64,000 nucleotides of DNA, from the NCBI GenBank assembly GCA_016186705.1, contig JACPLB010000006.1:16325-80324 (forward strand), given 5' to 3'. The position numbers were made by a program, and so were the translations under genes. This document shows, piece after piece, positions 1-9,063 of the stretch. The first letter of the stretch is position 1. Each line of letters begins with the position of its first letter. This stretch comes from Candidatus Kaiserbacteria bacterium (GTDB taxonomy: Bacteria > Patescibacteriota > Minisyncoccia > Phycocordibacterales > JABMNX01). Below the pieces are notes generated by a model. It saw only the letters and a program-made list of their open reading frames with translations. It was not told the DNA's origin and ran no database searches.

Positions 1-312
1 GATTAAAGTCGAATATGTTGCTGAATATGAAAACATGGTTGGTTCATCAGGGTAAGAAATTTTTTTTGAGAAATTTTGCATAATACCCAAAGATTGAAGT
101 TTATTTATGATATGTATTGTTTCCCACGTTGTAGTTGCATTCCCCCCGAATAATTGAAGTGATTGCGACACTGGTACAAAAATTCTTTCTCCCAAGTATT
201 TCTCAAGTACTCTCATACATATCTCCATTACCTTACGCATAGGGGTGCGGAAAATTTCCGTCCTTAGAACTTCATTGACTGACACGCTTACTTTTATATC
301 AAATTTCCCCAT
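1..312 (-). CDS. Partial ORF (N-terminal 104 aa, runs off the window); possible YcaO-family protein
   Basis: Manual translation from ATG at 312 is open to base 1: MGKFDIKVSV...LQSLGIMQNFSKKISYPDEPTMFSYSATYSTLI. The 'GI..x..PDEP..F.Y.A' segment resembles YcaO N-termini. Catalytic motifs would lie outside the window. Confidence 0.4.
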   Translation of the reverse strand, partial: MGKFDIKVSVSVNEVLRTEIFRTPMRKVMEICMRVLEKYLGERIFVPVSQSLQLFGGNATTTWETIHIINKLQSLGIMQNFSKKISYPDEPTMFSYSATYSTLI

Positions 313-519
313 GAATTATTACTGATACTATACTACATTACTTCGCATTCTTTTTAGGAAACGCTAGGTAACTTTGAGTCAGCCGGGTTTTTACATTTTA
401 CTTGCAAACCCCAGCTATCTGATGCTATATAAACAACTATTGATATATACACCTAACAGGTATTAACTAGAACACAAACCTCATGGTATTATTTATAAAC
501 AACATCACGCCTTAGTTAA

Positions 520-1395
520 ATGACCATTCTACAAAAACAAACCAAAAGATTGTTAAAAAATATTATTTTTCTGACCAGTCTCTCAGCTCTTTTCCTAGCG
601 AATATTTTTTCTGGATTTTGGGGCAATAACATTTATCACCTTTCACGAAAAGCGCACAATATTCTAAGTGGCGGCGCAAATATAGCTTACGCTGACACTC
701 CTCCCCCCCCGCCTCCACCCGGTGGAGATAGTGGAGGAGGCGGTGGAGGTGATGCTTCATCTAGTTCGGGTAGTAGTGGTAGTAGCGATGGTCCTGGTGG
801 ATGTGCTGGCGGTAGTAGTAGCAGTGCTGGAGGTAGTGATGGTTCTTGTTCCCTTATTGTTGAGTATTGGAATGGAGTATTTTTTTCTCTTCTTGATATT
901 TATTCTCCTCGTTATTACCAGCCGGTATTGAATGCGATTAAAATACCAAGGGAGGGAATTCAATCAACAGGAGAAGTGCGGCTACGCATTACCGCGACGA
1001 AGCGCCATAAAGTATATTTTGCCGGCCTTGTGGTTCCGAAGAAAAAGCTTTCTTTCCAAACCGAGACGTTCTCTGTTTCAAAAGCGTTTCATGAACGAGA
1101 AGAGAAAGATTATACAAATGTTCTTAATAAGCCACATTCTGGTGAGTATATACGTACTATTCCTGGAGATACAATCAACGTTACATTGAAAGTTTCTAAA
1201 TCAAATCTCACTAAATCAGAACAAGAGGCATATGTTTTACAGGCAGGCGGTATTTATACCGTAGCGAGTGAAGCAACACAGCGCGAAGCAGGAGATTGGA
1301 TAAATCGTCTTGATCCGGAAGCAAAGTCCTTCTTGAGAAAACTACACACTCTTAACACGTACCATGACCGTGAGAAAAAACCGGTGTTATTGTAG
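520..1395 (+). CDS. Signal/TM leader + Pro/Gly/Ser/Cys-rich precursor-like segment + beta-rich domain (apparent C-terminal half of an uncharacterised xCPFLxxWNG-type domain)
   Basis: Hydrophobic N-terminus, AYA-D site, low-complexity tract TPPPPPPPGGDSGGGGGGDASSSS...GGCAGG...DGSC, then SLIVEYWNG...VRLRI...PGDTI...YVLQAGGIY. Confidence 0.6.
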   Translation: MTILQKQTKRLLKNIIFLTSLSALFLANIFSGFWGNNIYHLSRKAHNILSGGANIAYADTPPPPPPPGGDSGGGGGGDASSSSGSSGSSDGPGGCAGGSSSSAGGSDGSCSLIVEYWNGVFFSLLDIYSPRYYQPVLNAIKIPREGIQSTGEVRLRITATKRHKVYFAGLVVPKKKLSFQTETFSVSKAFHEREEKDYTNVLNKPHSGEYIRTIPGDTINVTLKVSKSNLTKSEQEAYVLQAGGIYTVASEATQREAGDWINRLDPEAKSFLRKLHTLNTYHDREKKPVLL

Positions 1396-1407
1396 ATAAT
1401 AAAGTAT

Positions 1408-2391
1408 ATGAAATCAGAATTTGTACAAAAAAACACTCTCCACGCTCTCTCGGTTCTTGTAATGAATAAGCGCTCTGTTATTCGCATGGGCTTTGTTTCT
1501 CTAGCTCTTTTTGTTACACATTATTTCAATATAGACACTAATATAGCTGGATTCTTGTTGCCGTTTTTTATTCTTGATGGCGCTGATGGGGGAGGCGGCG
1601 GTGGTGGCTCAACTCCTTTTCTAAAAACCTGGAATGGGAAAAAATTTGTCTACGAGAACGATTTCCTTTTTGGAAAGCCAAGAAGTTTTTTCCGAAATTT
1701 GCAGGAAGGAATTAAGGCATATGAATCTGGAGAAATTACTCCCGACCTGTACAAAATTCAAAATAATATCAAGTTACGAAACGGAAACTTTGTTGCTCAA
1801 ATAAAAGAAATTGAGCCTGAAGAAAGTTATATAGACCATCTTTCCTTGCTTCGTGTCACGTATCCTAAGAATGGGGAATTAATTGTTGACTCAAATTTCA
1901 AGGATTTTTGCGTGTTTGAAAAAAGTGCCGTAAAAAAGTTGGAAGGCGTTCAAAAACAAGGCGTTTCGTTAAACGGAGTAGACGTTTCTTCTGGTGGCGG
2001 CAATGCAAAAAATATATGGGAACGCATGAGCAACGCCGACGGATATATGCTTGAGCCTAAAAAAGACACCCTCGAGATAAGAGGATTTGTCGAGGATAAA
2101 AATAAGGATGCGTATGTGTTGCTCCGTGCCCATATTAGAGATTGGACAGTGGGAGAAATTTTTGATGTGTCGAAACAAGAACACTATACATCCGCATCAT
2201 TTTTAGAAGTTTTCTCCCAAATATCATCCCCAAAAGTGCTCTCCACCGTTCTGAAATTTATACGCAGTATATTAGATATCTCAAGCTCGCTCGTTAAGTA
2301 CTGGGATAATAAAACAGCGAATATATCAGTATTAAAAAACTCTCCCAACGCTCAACAGCACTCTGCCTATCTACCGCTTCCTCCATGGTAG
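1408..2391 (+). CDS. TM leader + poly-Gly + STPFLKTWNG domain (apparent N-terminal half of the same domain family)
   Basis: DGADGGGGGGG-STPFLKTWNGKKFVYENDFL...DLYKI...IKEIEPEESYIDHLSLLRVTYP resembles the SCPFLYxWDG...E.E.xYxD.L.L region found downstream of ASPIC/UnbV domains. Confidence 0.6.
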   Translation: MKSEFVQKNTLHALSVLVMNKRSVIRMGFVSLALFVTHYFNIDTNIAGFLLPFFILDGADGGGGGGGSTPFLKTWNGKKFVYENDFLFGKPRSFFRNLQEGIKAYESGEITPDLYKIQNNIKLRNGNFVAQIKEIEPEESYIDHLSLLRVTYPKNGELIVDSNFKDFCVFEKSAVKKLEGVQKQGVSLNGVDVSSGGGNAKNIWERMSNADGYMLEPKKDTLEIRGFVEDKNKDAYVLLRAHIRDWTVGEIFDVSKQEHYTSASFLEVFSQISSPKVLSTVLKFIRSILDISSSLVKYWDNKTANISVLKNSPNAQQHSAYLPLPPW

Positions 2392-2429
2392 AGAAAATTT
2401 CGAACCTTCTATTTTAACTAATACAGCAT

Positions 2430-4100
2430 ATGCAAGATCTCGACAACCATAATGTAGTTGAACATCTTATGGAAAATGCCGGAAACGTTAACCAAGAGAA
2501 TACATTTCCACCTCAAAAGAAAACATTATCTTCCATTAAAATTTGGGCGGGCATTTTTTTGCTGGCATTGCTGTTGATAGTCGGTGTGGGATGGTATACC
2601 TTTTTTATTGGAAATCGTATAGTAGAATTTGATAAGATAAATCAGGTAATTGGAGCTGATATATCAAAAGATACTCCCCTGGGAACATTTAATTATACAA
2701 TCCCCGGAGTTCCCTATTTTAGTCTTTATAATCACGTTGGCAATGTTAGCTATCTCATTCTTGATACAGATGCGGCACTCGCTTCCATATTGGAGTACTG
2801 GAACCCTAGTGAATATAATTTTACAGGACTCTTGAGGAAAATAAGTACAAATGCTAAAAACCCCTTTATCACTCTCCTTGATTTGGAAAATTATGTCCTT
2901 GAACTTGATAACTATGTCACCAAACAAGAATATCTGGGTATAAGTGACATAAAAAAATACGTTAATCAAGAGGTAAAAACCCCCCTCCTTTTATTTTCAG
3001 CTTATGATGTGAACCAGTTACCAGGAGCGCTCTACTATCCTCTTTCTGTTATCATTGGAATTAATGAGTCAGAACAGACACTTACGTTGCACAATTACTG
3101 GCTTGGAAATAATTACAAGATTAGCTTTGAAGATTTTGCTACGCTTCAAGAAAGAAAATTAGGAGAGAAGAATATCTATCTTATTATTCAACCAAAGACT
3201 TTTAAGAATACACTACTAAGGTTAAAGGAAAATGAAAGTATAATTTATCCAGAACGTGGAGTGATTATGAATGAATCTTTGGAGATGGTAAAAAATTATA
3301 CAACTGGCACGAGCCTGTTGCTTAATGGGTTGTATATGCTTGCAGAAAAACATTTGAAATTGGTGATAAATGACCAAAAATTCGAGAAGTTTATGCCTCC
3401 GTACTTAAAAGTCATGTCCTTGACATTCTTAGCAGAAGCTCAACTTGCTCTTGGGAAGGATAATGAGGCGAGAAATTACGTTATAAAAGCAATTGAATTA
3501 AATCACGATTTGGACAAGTCTTTTCAAGACTGGCCGGGGTATGAAGTTCGTTACAATATACCTGAAACTATAACAGATCGTGTAACTCGCCCATACATTA
3601 TTTTAGGTAATGTATATAAAAAATCCGGTCTATTGGATGAAGCAAAAGTGTCTTACGAAAAAGCTTTGGCTATAAATGCAAATGATGTTAACGCGCGGAC
3701 AAATCTTCGTCTCGTCAATAAGCATCTTGCGTTCCTGACTAAAGAAACCTCCTCAAGCGTTAACACCGTAACATTCAAAAATATGCTTGTACAAAATTCT
3801 CCATGGAGTGTCTCATGGGAGAGCAGTTTTGGAAACTCTGGAACACAAAAAATAAGCTTCTCTGCTGTTTTAGGCGGCACAAACTTGCGCGGTTCTGTCA
3901 TCAGTTCGGAGACACGCGTTGGAGATATGGAGAACCTTATAATTGAGGATAATTGCGTCAGCTTCACTTTCTCTGTTTCCGGTACTCGATACAAATATTG
4001 TCTTACCGAGTCCAATATACTTGAGGGGATATACAGTGGAGTTGATGCAAGAGGAAACTTCTTTTTGGGAAGTGCTACCGCAAAACCTTCTGGAAATTAA
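2430..4100 (+). CDS. Membrane-anchored protein: degenerate C39-like peptidase domain + TPR repeats + C-terminal beta domain
   Basis: TM helix at ~aa 37-59; IPGVPYFS...AALASILEYW...VIIGINE...LHNYWLG...ISFEDF follows the Peptidase_C39_2 pattern but lacks the catalytic Cys/His; TPR LGNVYKKSGLLDEAKVSYEKALAIN. Confidence 0.65.
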   Translation: MQDLDNHNVVEHLMENAGNVNQENTFPPQKKTLSSIKIWAGIFLLALLLIVGVGWYTFFIGNRIVEFDKINQVIGADISKDTPLGTFNYTIPGVPYFSLYNHVGNVSYLILDTDAALASILEYWNPSEYNFTGLLRKISTNAKNPFITLLDLENYVLELDNYVTKQEYLGISDIKKYVNQEVKTPLLLFSAYDVNQLPGALYYPLSVIIGINESEQTLTLHNYWLGNNYKISFEDFATLQERKLGEKNIYLIIQPKTFKNTLLRLKENESIIYPERGVIMNESLEMVKNYTTGTSLLLNGLYMLAEKHLKLVINDQKFEKFMPPYLKVMSLTFLAEAQLALGKDNEARNYVIKAIELNHDLDKSFQDWPGYEVRYNIPETITDRVTRPYIILGNVYKKSGLLDEAKVSYEKALAINANDVNARTNLRLVNKHLAFLTKETSSSVNTVTFKNMLVQNSPWSVSWESSFGNSGTQKISFSAVLGGTNLRGSVISSETRVGDMENLIIEDNCVSFTFSVSGTRYKYCLTESNILEGIYSGVDARGNFFLGSATAKPSGN

Positions 4101-4167
4101 ATGGTAATGAGGGTCAGTAATTATATGGTAAATATATAAAAATAACTCACGTTGTTTTTAAAAGTTA

Positions 4168-4199
4168 AGAGCCGCTCCTATGAATGTCAGAGCGGCTCT
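4168..4199. terminator. Hairpin between convergent genes (probable bidirectional terminator)
   Basis: AGAGCCGCTC...GAGCGGCTCT 10-bp inverted repeat followed by a T-rich tract. Confidence 0.6.
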
Positions 4200-4222
4200 G
4201 TCGTTTGTTTTTGCTGGCTCGA

Positions 4223-4651
4223 TTACTTGCCAGTCGGTTTCCCTGTCGCTTTGCCGGTATACCAGTTGCCGGAGCGGCTCTGCCCTTCATAATCTCCCGT
4301 GAGTATTCCGTCCTTCAAGCAGTAGTTGTAGGTTCTCGGGTTCTGGCCGGTGATGAACTTGACGCACGAACTCGTGACTGTCAAATTCTTGAGAGGTAGG
4401 TCGGCACTTCCTCGATCGGAACCGAAGAATTCCCCCGATAAAGCAGCACCGTCCTTTTTGAAGCGTAGCTTGTGGGTACCCTTCGCGCCGCTCTGGTTCT
4501 CCCACGAGACGTCCCACGGGGATTGCTTGACGAGAAGCTCCTTGAAGGCGTCCTCGTCTGGGGTACCGGCGAAAGTCGTCGTCGGGATGGCAACCATCGC
4601 GAAAATGGCGACGGCAAGTGCGGTAACGAACCGTAAAACGTTGCGCAGCAT
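4223..4651 (-). CDS. Secreted small beta protein, paralogous to the C-terminal domain of 2430..4100
   Basis: Signal peptide ending TFA-G; SD AGGAG; TTGACA-16-TATAAT promoter at 4735-4708; aligns by eye to the last ~115 aa of the convergent ORF. Confidence 0.8.
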   Translation of the reverse strand: MLRNVLRFVTALAVAIFAMVAIPTTTFAGTPDEDAFKELLVKQSPWDVSWENQSGAKGTHKLRFKKDGAALSGEFFGSDRGSADLPLKNLTVTSSCVKFITGQNPRTYNYCLKDGILTGDYEGQSRSGNWYTGKATGKPTGK

Positions 4652-4795
4652 GGAAAATCTCCTTTCGTGCGCTGGTTGTTGCGTGTTGGTAGATCAGTCT
4701 ATTTCTCATTATACACTTTTTGTAATTTTTGTCAAGATTTCATTAAAGACCTTTGTTTAATGGTTATTTTGATATAGTGATTGCAACCACGATAT

Positions 4796-5551
4796 ATGCA
4801 ACTGTTACAACTTAACAAAAACACACTCATCATTATTGTTGCAATTTTTGTTACGGCGGTATTTTTTACTTGGGGGGACATTACTATTCCTGTTTTAAAT
4901 CGTAACGTGGACGCACTAGTCCAGAAAGGAAATTATTATTTTAACGTTAACGGTGCGGGAATATATGATTTGGAAAGGGCGGAAAAGTACTTTGAAAAAG
5001 CGCTTGATGTTGACGCGAATGTGCCGGACGCGTGGCATCAACTCGCTCGGATTGATTTTTTAAGAGGGGATTTTGACGAAGCGCTTGAAAAGATAAACAC
5101 GCAAATTGCAATTCACGGGGACTCTTTGATGTCCTCGTTCTATATCCGGGGGCTCATTCTTGGATACATGGGGCGGTATGAAGAGTCAGAGAAAGATTTC
5201 TTGAAATTTCTTGAATGGGACCCGACCAATTGGGCGGCACATAATGATTTAGCGTGGGTATATTTTTCTGAAGGTCGGTTTGAAGATGCAGCGGACGCGG
5301 CACAGGAAGGATTGCAAAACAATCCTCAAAATCCGTGGCTTTTGAATATGTATGGAGTGTCGTTAATGAATCTTGGAGATGATATAGGCGCAAAAAATGC
5401 ACTTCAAAAAGCGTACGCAGCAGCCGAGCTTTTAACCGAATCCACATGGCACTGGGCGTATCCAGGGAATAATCCAATGAGCGCTACGAAGGGGCTTAAA
5501 GAGTTCCAAGAGGCAATACGAAAAAATCTTCAGTTGGTCGGGGGTAATTAA
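4796..5551 (+). CDS. Membrane-anchored TPR protein
   Basis: N-terminal TM followed by several TPR motifs (AEKYFEKAL, AWHQLARIDF, AHNDLAWVYF). Confidence 0.8.
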   Translation: MQLLQLNKNTLIIIVAIFVTAVFFTWGDITIPVLNRNVDALVQKGNYYFNVNGAGIYDLERAEKYFEKALDVDANVPDAWHQLARIDFLRGDFDEALEKINTQIAIHGDSLMSSFYIRGLILGYMGRYEESEKDFLKFLEWDPTNWAAHNDLAWVYFSEGRFEDAADAAQEGLQNNPQNPWLLNMYGVSLMNLGDDIGAKNALQKAYAAAELLTESTWHWAYPGNNPMSATKGLKEFQEAIRKNLQLVGGN

Positions 5552-5598
5552 GGAGCTTTTTATTTTTCTACGCTGTACTATAATAATAAAGAAAGACT

Positions 5599-6318
5599 AT
5601 GGAAGCGTATAAACAAAACATCTTTCAGATAGGCATTTTACTTGTTGTAGCCATTATTTTCAGCGTGCTTGCCGGCGGTATTGCTTCAATAGGAGGATTT
5701 TCAATGGAGAACTCCGTTGAGGTTGGTGTTGCAACCCTGTCTCCTCTGGGAGTAAGCGGCGGTTTCGCGATTCCGGCATCCTGCCCGTCATATGCGCATA
5801 ACCCCGGAGAGTGCACCCCGCCAACCTTTACGGCGACCGGTGGCTCGGGTTCGGGGTCAAATATATTCATCAACGAAGGAAGTTCGGCAACTCTTGAGTG
5901 GCAAGGTTTCAGCTCGTCAAGCTGTTCAGGCGTTAATTTCTCAACCGGAGGAGCAGTGTCGGGTTCCGCGGTAGTTACACCCGCCGATACAACACAGTAC
6001 ACGGTCATCTGCTCAAACGGAGGACAGTCGTCCGTCACGGTAAACGTGCTCCACCCCGACCTTTCAATTACCGCAACACCGTCGCTTCTTCAGTCGGGGG
6101 ACACAACGAGCATCGCATGGTTTGCGACGAGCGTGAACAGCTGTTCGGTCTCCGAAAATAATTCTGGCATTACCGACTCCTGGAGCGGCACGTCCGGAAC
6201 ACAGATTTCAAGTCCAATTACCGAGCAGACAATCTACACGCTCACCTGTCTCACTGACGGCGGCGCTTTGTCGGAGAGCGTGACGGTAAATCTCATTCCT
6301 GTTTTCCAGGAGTTTTAA
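5599..6318 (+). CDS. Secreted/surface protein with two Cys-containing Ig/PKD-like repeats
   Basis: N-terminal TM; two repeats of the form 'G.S.TL.W....SC......SG......TT.YT..C', typical of CPR surface proteins. Confidence 0.7.
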   Translation: MEAYKQNIFQIGILLVVAIIFSVLAGGIASIGGFSMENSVEVGVATLSPLGVSGGFAIPASCPSYAHNPGECTPPTFTATGGSGSGSNIFINEGSSATLEWQGFSSSSCSGVNFSTGGAVSGSAVVTPADTTQYTVICSNGGQSSVTVNVLHPDLSITATPSLLQSGDTTSIAWFATSVNSCSVSENNSGITDSWSGTSGTQISSPITEQTIYTLTCLTDGGALSESVTVNLIPVFQEF

Positions 6319-6330
6319 ACATATACGCGC

Positions 6331-6367
6331 AGACACCGTCTGCTGCTTATAACGGCAGGCGGTGTCT
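6331..6367. terminator. Hairpin terminator between convergent genes
   Basis: AGACACCGTCTGCTG...CGGCAGGCGGTGTCT inverted repeat with G-U pairs. Confidence 0.65.
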
Positions 6368-6387
6368 TATTTCTTTAAATCATTTCG

Positions 6388-6846
6388 TTAAAAGCCGAAA
6401 AACTCGAGTATTTTATGCGAGACTGGCTCGCGAAGTTCTTCCTCTTTCAGTTTCGTGAGAAGCACGTTGCGTGCGTCCTCCATGTTCTCATCACTCAGTG
6501 GGATGACGATGTACGGCATCACGACGCGCTGTGATTTTAGGATGAGCACATGGTGTCCATGTTCGTCTTCCTCAATCCAGAAGGACTCGAGCGTCTTGAA
6601 AGGGTAGAGCGTCTCGTCAATCCCGATGCCTCGCTTGTTTATCTCAAAGTGCACCATGTGCGGGCGCCGTGCGGCAAAAAGCGCCATCACGAACGCGCCG
6701 ATGATAATAAGGAGCGCGAAGAGGATATTTTTGAAAATGACCGCGGTTACCGCGCTTGAAAGCGCGATAATGCCGAGTGCCCAGAACCAATCACTGCTTT
6801 TTTCGTGATGGTCGTACTCGTATCCTTGCCAGCTGATAGTGTCCAT
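6388..6846 (-). CDS. Conserved CPR membrane protein (DUF5673-like, PH-like C-terminus)
   Basis: ISWQGYEY...KSSDWFW, two TMs, GIGID..YP...LESFWI. Confidence 0.7.
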   Translation of the reverse strand: MDTISWQGYEYDHHEKSSDWFWALGIIALSSAVTAVIFKNILFALLIIIGAFVMALFAARRPHMVHFEINKRGIGIDETLYPFKTLESFWIEEDEHGHHVLILKSQRVVMPYIVIPLSDENMEDARNVLLTKLKEEELREPVSHKILEFFGF

Positions 6847-6934
6847 ACAAAGAATCGTGATTCTCCGAAGAGAATCAATGTGACTATATATTCAATAGTA
6901 CCACGGAGCGCAAAGAGAAAGCATTAGCGCGCTG

Positions 6935-7192
6935 TTAACTTACTTTTGTTTCAAGTTGTGTCTCCGGCGCCCCGCTCTTCTTTTTTGAGAAAACAAAAAG
7001 GTAGAGGATTTCAAGAATCCCCGCGGTGTTGATGATGAGAAGCGCGATGAACCACCACTTCGCCCCCAATCGCGCCGCTCTCCACAGCGCGAGCCCTTTC
7101 CACACCGTCGTCCAAATGACAAGAACGAGGATGACTATAAGCGCAGTCCCCGTCAGAAAAGTATTTGCAAACAACGCATTTAATTCATTCAT
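6935..7192 (-). CDS. DUF5652-family membrane protein
   Basis: WKGLALWRAAR...WFIALLIINTAGILEILYLF signature. Confidence 0.85.
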   Translation of the reverse strand: MNELNALFANTFLTGTALIVILVLVIWTTVWKGLALWRAARLGAKWWFIALLIINTAGILEILYLFVFSKKKSGAPETQLETKVS

Positions 7193-7436
7193 ATATTTTA
7201 ATTATATCTTATACAATACATTTTTGAATTGCGGGGACGATGTCCGGAAGTTTGAATCGAAAACGTGGCTCAAATTCAAGGATATTGATGAAAGTATACA
7301 AGAATTAAGGCGTATTTTCAAAATTCACCCTGAGTGGTTTGAAATACCAAAGCCAAAGTCAGATAAAGGTAAAAATGTGGTTGATTATTCTGTCGAAAAC
7401 TAGATCGACTTATCAAACTTCTTACGCAGCAAATCG

Positions 7437-8366
7437 TTATTGTTGATTTACTTCAGGGTCGCTTAAAGAACTTAGCCAACTTTCGTGCGCAGAATCAATG
7501 GCTTTTACATTGGCGAAAATAGAGTCAATGCGATGGATTATAAGAGCCTCGGGCGCAGAACCAACGTACAAGAGAAATTCTCGGGTTGTTTCTAATATCA
7601 ACTGTGCAATAGGCAGTATTTGCTGAGGTCTGGGGCGCCCCCATTCAAAATTCGGGCTGAAGTCATCTTCGCTAAACTCGAGGTGATGATCCAAAATGTC
7701 CGTCCAAGTGCCGTGAATACTGCGAGAGCTACCGCCGTATAGCGCTATGTATGTGGACTCGAGACCAACGTCTTTGGTCTTCTCGTAGAAGTTTTTACCG
7801 CCCCAATCTTTTGGCTTATTCGGAGTAATGTCATCAATCTTTACTCCCGAGCGGGTTGCGTACCTTTCGATTGAACTGAGCATTCGATTCTCAATGTGCC
7901 ACTTTTCACCTTCTCTAGCGGTAATATTAGTGTGAATCACATCACGAAGTTTTCGCTCGTGCCGTAACGCATACCTCACATAGGAATCAAACAAATCTGG
8001 AGAAGCGTTCCTGATTAGGAACTTTATATTTACAAGATTCTCGAACAGCAGGCGCGAGAAAATAAAAGCGGTTTCTTGGCGCTTTTGACAGACTTGATCT
8101 AAATGAGCAGACAAGAGTTTCGCGAGTCGTACAAAGTTACCGCCAACGACTGCTTGGTCCCTATTCCACTTTTCAGATCCAGGTGGAAGCACACCGGCCG
8201 CAAGAGCCACAATTGAAGCTGTTTCTTTCATCAACTCTACTGACAAATGCATAAAACCGCCCTCGTCTGTTATCGAGGTAAGTTTTTCGGGTGTTGCCTC
8301 AGCGTGACTGATAGTTTTGAGTATCTCGTCAATATCTGTTAATCCAGTTTCTTTACTTCCATTCAT
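7437..8366 (-). CDS. DUF5677-like helical protein (HEPN-related)
   Basis: R.LFE..VN..FL and Y...SRSIHG motifs; start re-assigned to ATG 8366, overlapping the upstream stop. Confidence 0.6.
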   Translation of the reverse strand: MNGSKETGLTDIDEILKTISHAEATPEKLTSITDEGGFMHLSVELMKETASIVALAAGVLPPGSEKWNRDQAVVGGNFVRLAKLLSAHLDQVCQKRQETAFIFSRLLFENLVNIKFLIRNASPDLFDSYVRYALRHERKLRDVIHTNITAREGEKWHIENRMLSSIERYATRSGVKIDDITPNKPKDWGGKNFYEKTKDVGLESTYIALYGGSSRSIHGTWTDILDHHLEFSEDDFSPNFEWGRPRPQQILPIAQLILETTREFLLYVGSAPEALIIHRIDSIFANVKAIDSAHESWLSSLSDPEVNQQ

Positions 8367-9042
8367 GAATATCGTGCTTGCCGTCGTTGTATAGTTTACG
8401 ACCGTATGCAACTGCTATTTCTGCAAGGCGAGCAGCTTCTCCTCGGTGCAAATTATCCAGTACATGCTGGAAATCTCTTTGCATTTCTTTCTTCCAACCA
8501 GCTTCCTCATCTTTCCACCAGTACGACACTCCGCCATCCATTAAATCTTTGCCCATTGAATTGAGGAGTCTTGCGACCTCGTTAATTAACTCATACATTT
8601 TGTCGCTGGATGGAATAGTAGGCAGTACGTAGTCCTTTTCTCGATGTGCGAAATATGTATCCCGTGCATCCTTTAGCATTTCCAGTGATTTCTTGTGTTT
8701 TTCTTTCAGCTCTTCGAATTCCTTTTCCCGATCAATCTTATACTTCTTGGCTTCGTCTAATAGATAAGAGAGCGTTCGTTTCTGTTTATTTTTCCCATCC
8801 TCAAACAATTGAGTTATAGATAATACAGTCGCATAACAGATGCCGCTTTCGAGTGACCGAAAAAAGTAATTATACTTTTTCATTATCTCGACGTTATGGT
8901 TTGCATCTTGGTTGCCGATATAAACTTTGCTTTTTGAAAGGGCACAACAAAATAACAGCTCACAGTATGTGCTGGTCTCGTATAAGTGGTTAAAGAAGCC
9001 ATCCCACAACTTTTTTAGTTCCTCTTTGTTGTTGGTACTCAT
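8353..9042 (-). CDS. HEPN AbiU2-like putative RNase
   Basis: All-helical; QLFED...TL..L and RDTYFAH (Rx5H) HEPN motif. Confidence 0.65.
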   Translation of the reverse strand: MSTNNKEELKKLWDGFFNHLYETSTYCELLFCCALSKSKVYIGNQDANHNVEIMKKYNYFFRSLESGICYATVLSITQLFEDGKNKQKRTLSYLLDEAKKYKIDREKEFEELKEKHKKSLEMLKDARDTYFAHREKDYVLPTIPSSDKMYELINEVARLLNSMGKDLMDGGVSYWWKDEEAGWKKEMQRDFQHVLDNLHRGEAARLAEIAVAYGRKLYNDGKHDIHEWK

Positions 9043-9063
9043 TTTTCGTTTCCATAAAATTAT

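Noticed and set aside
7026-7403. 125-aa plus-strand ORF
   Set aside because: The first half is antisense to the DUF5652 gene. The remainder may be a gene remnant at the islet edge but has no clear start or motif.
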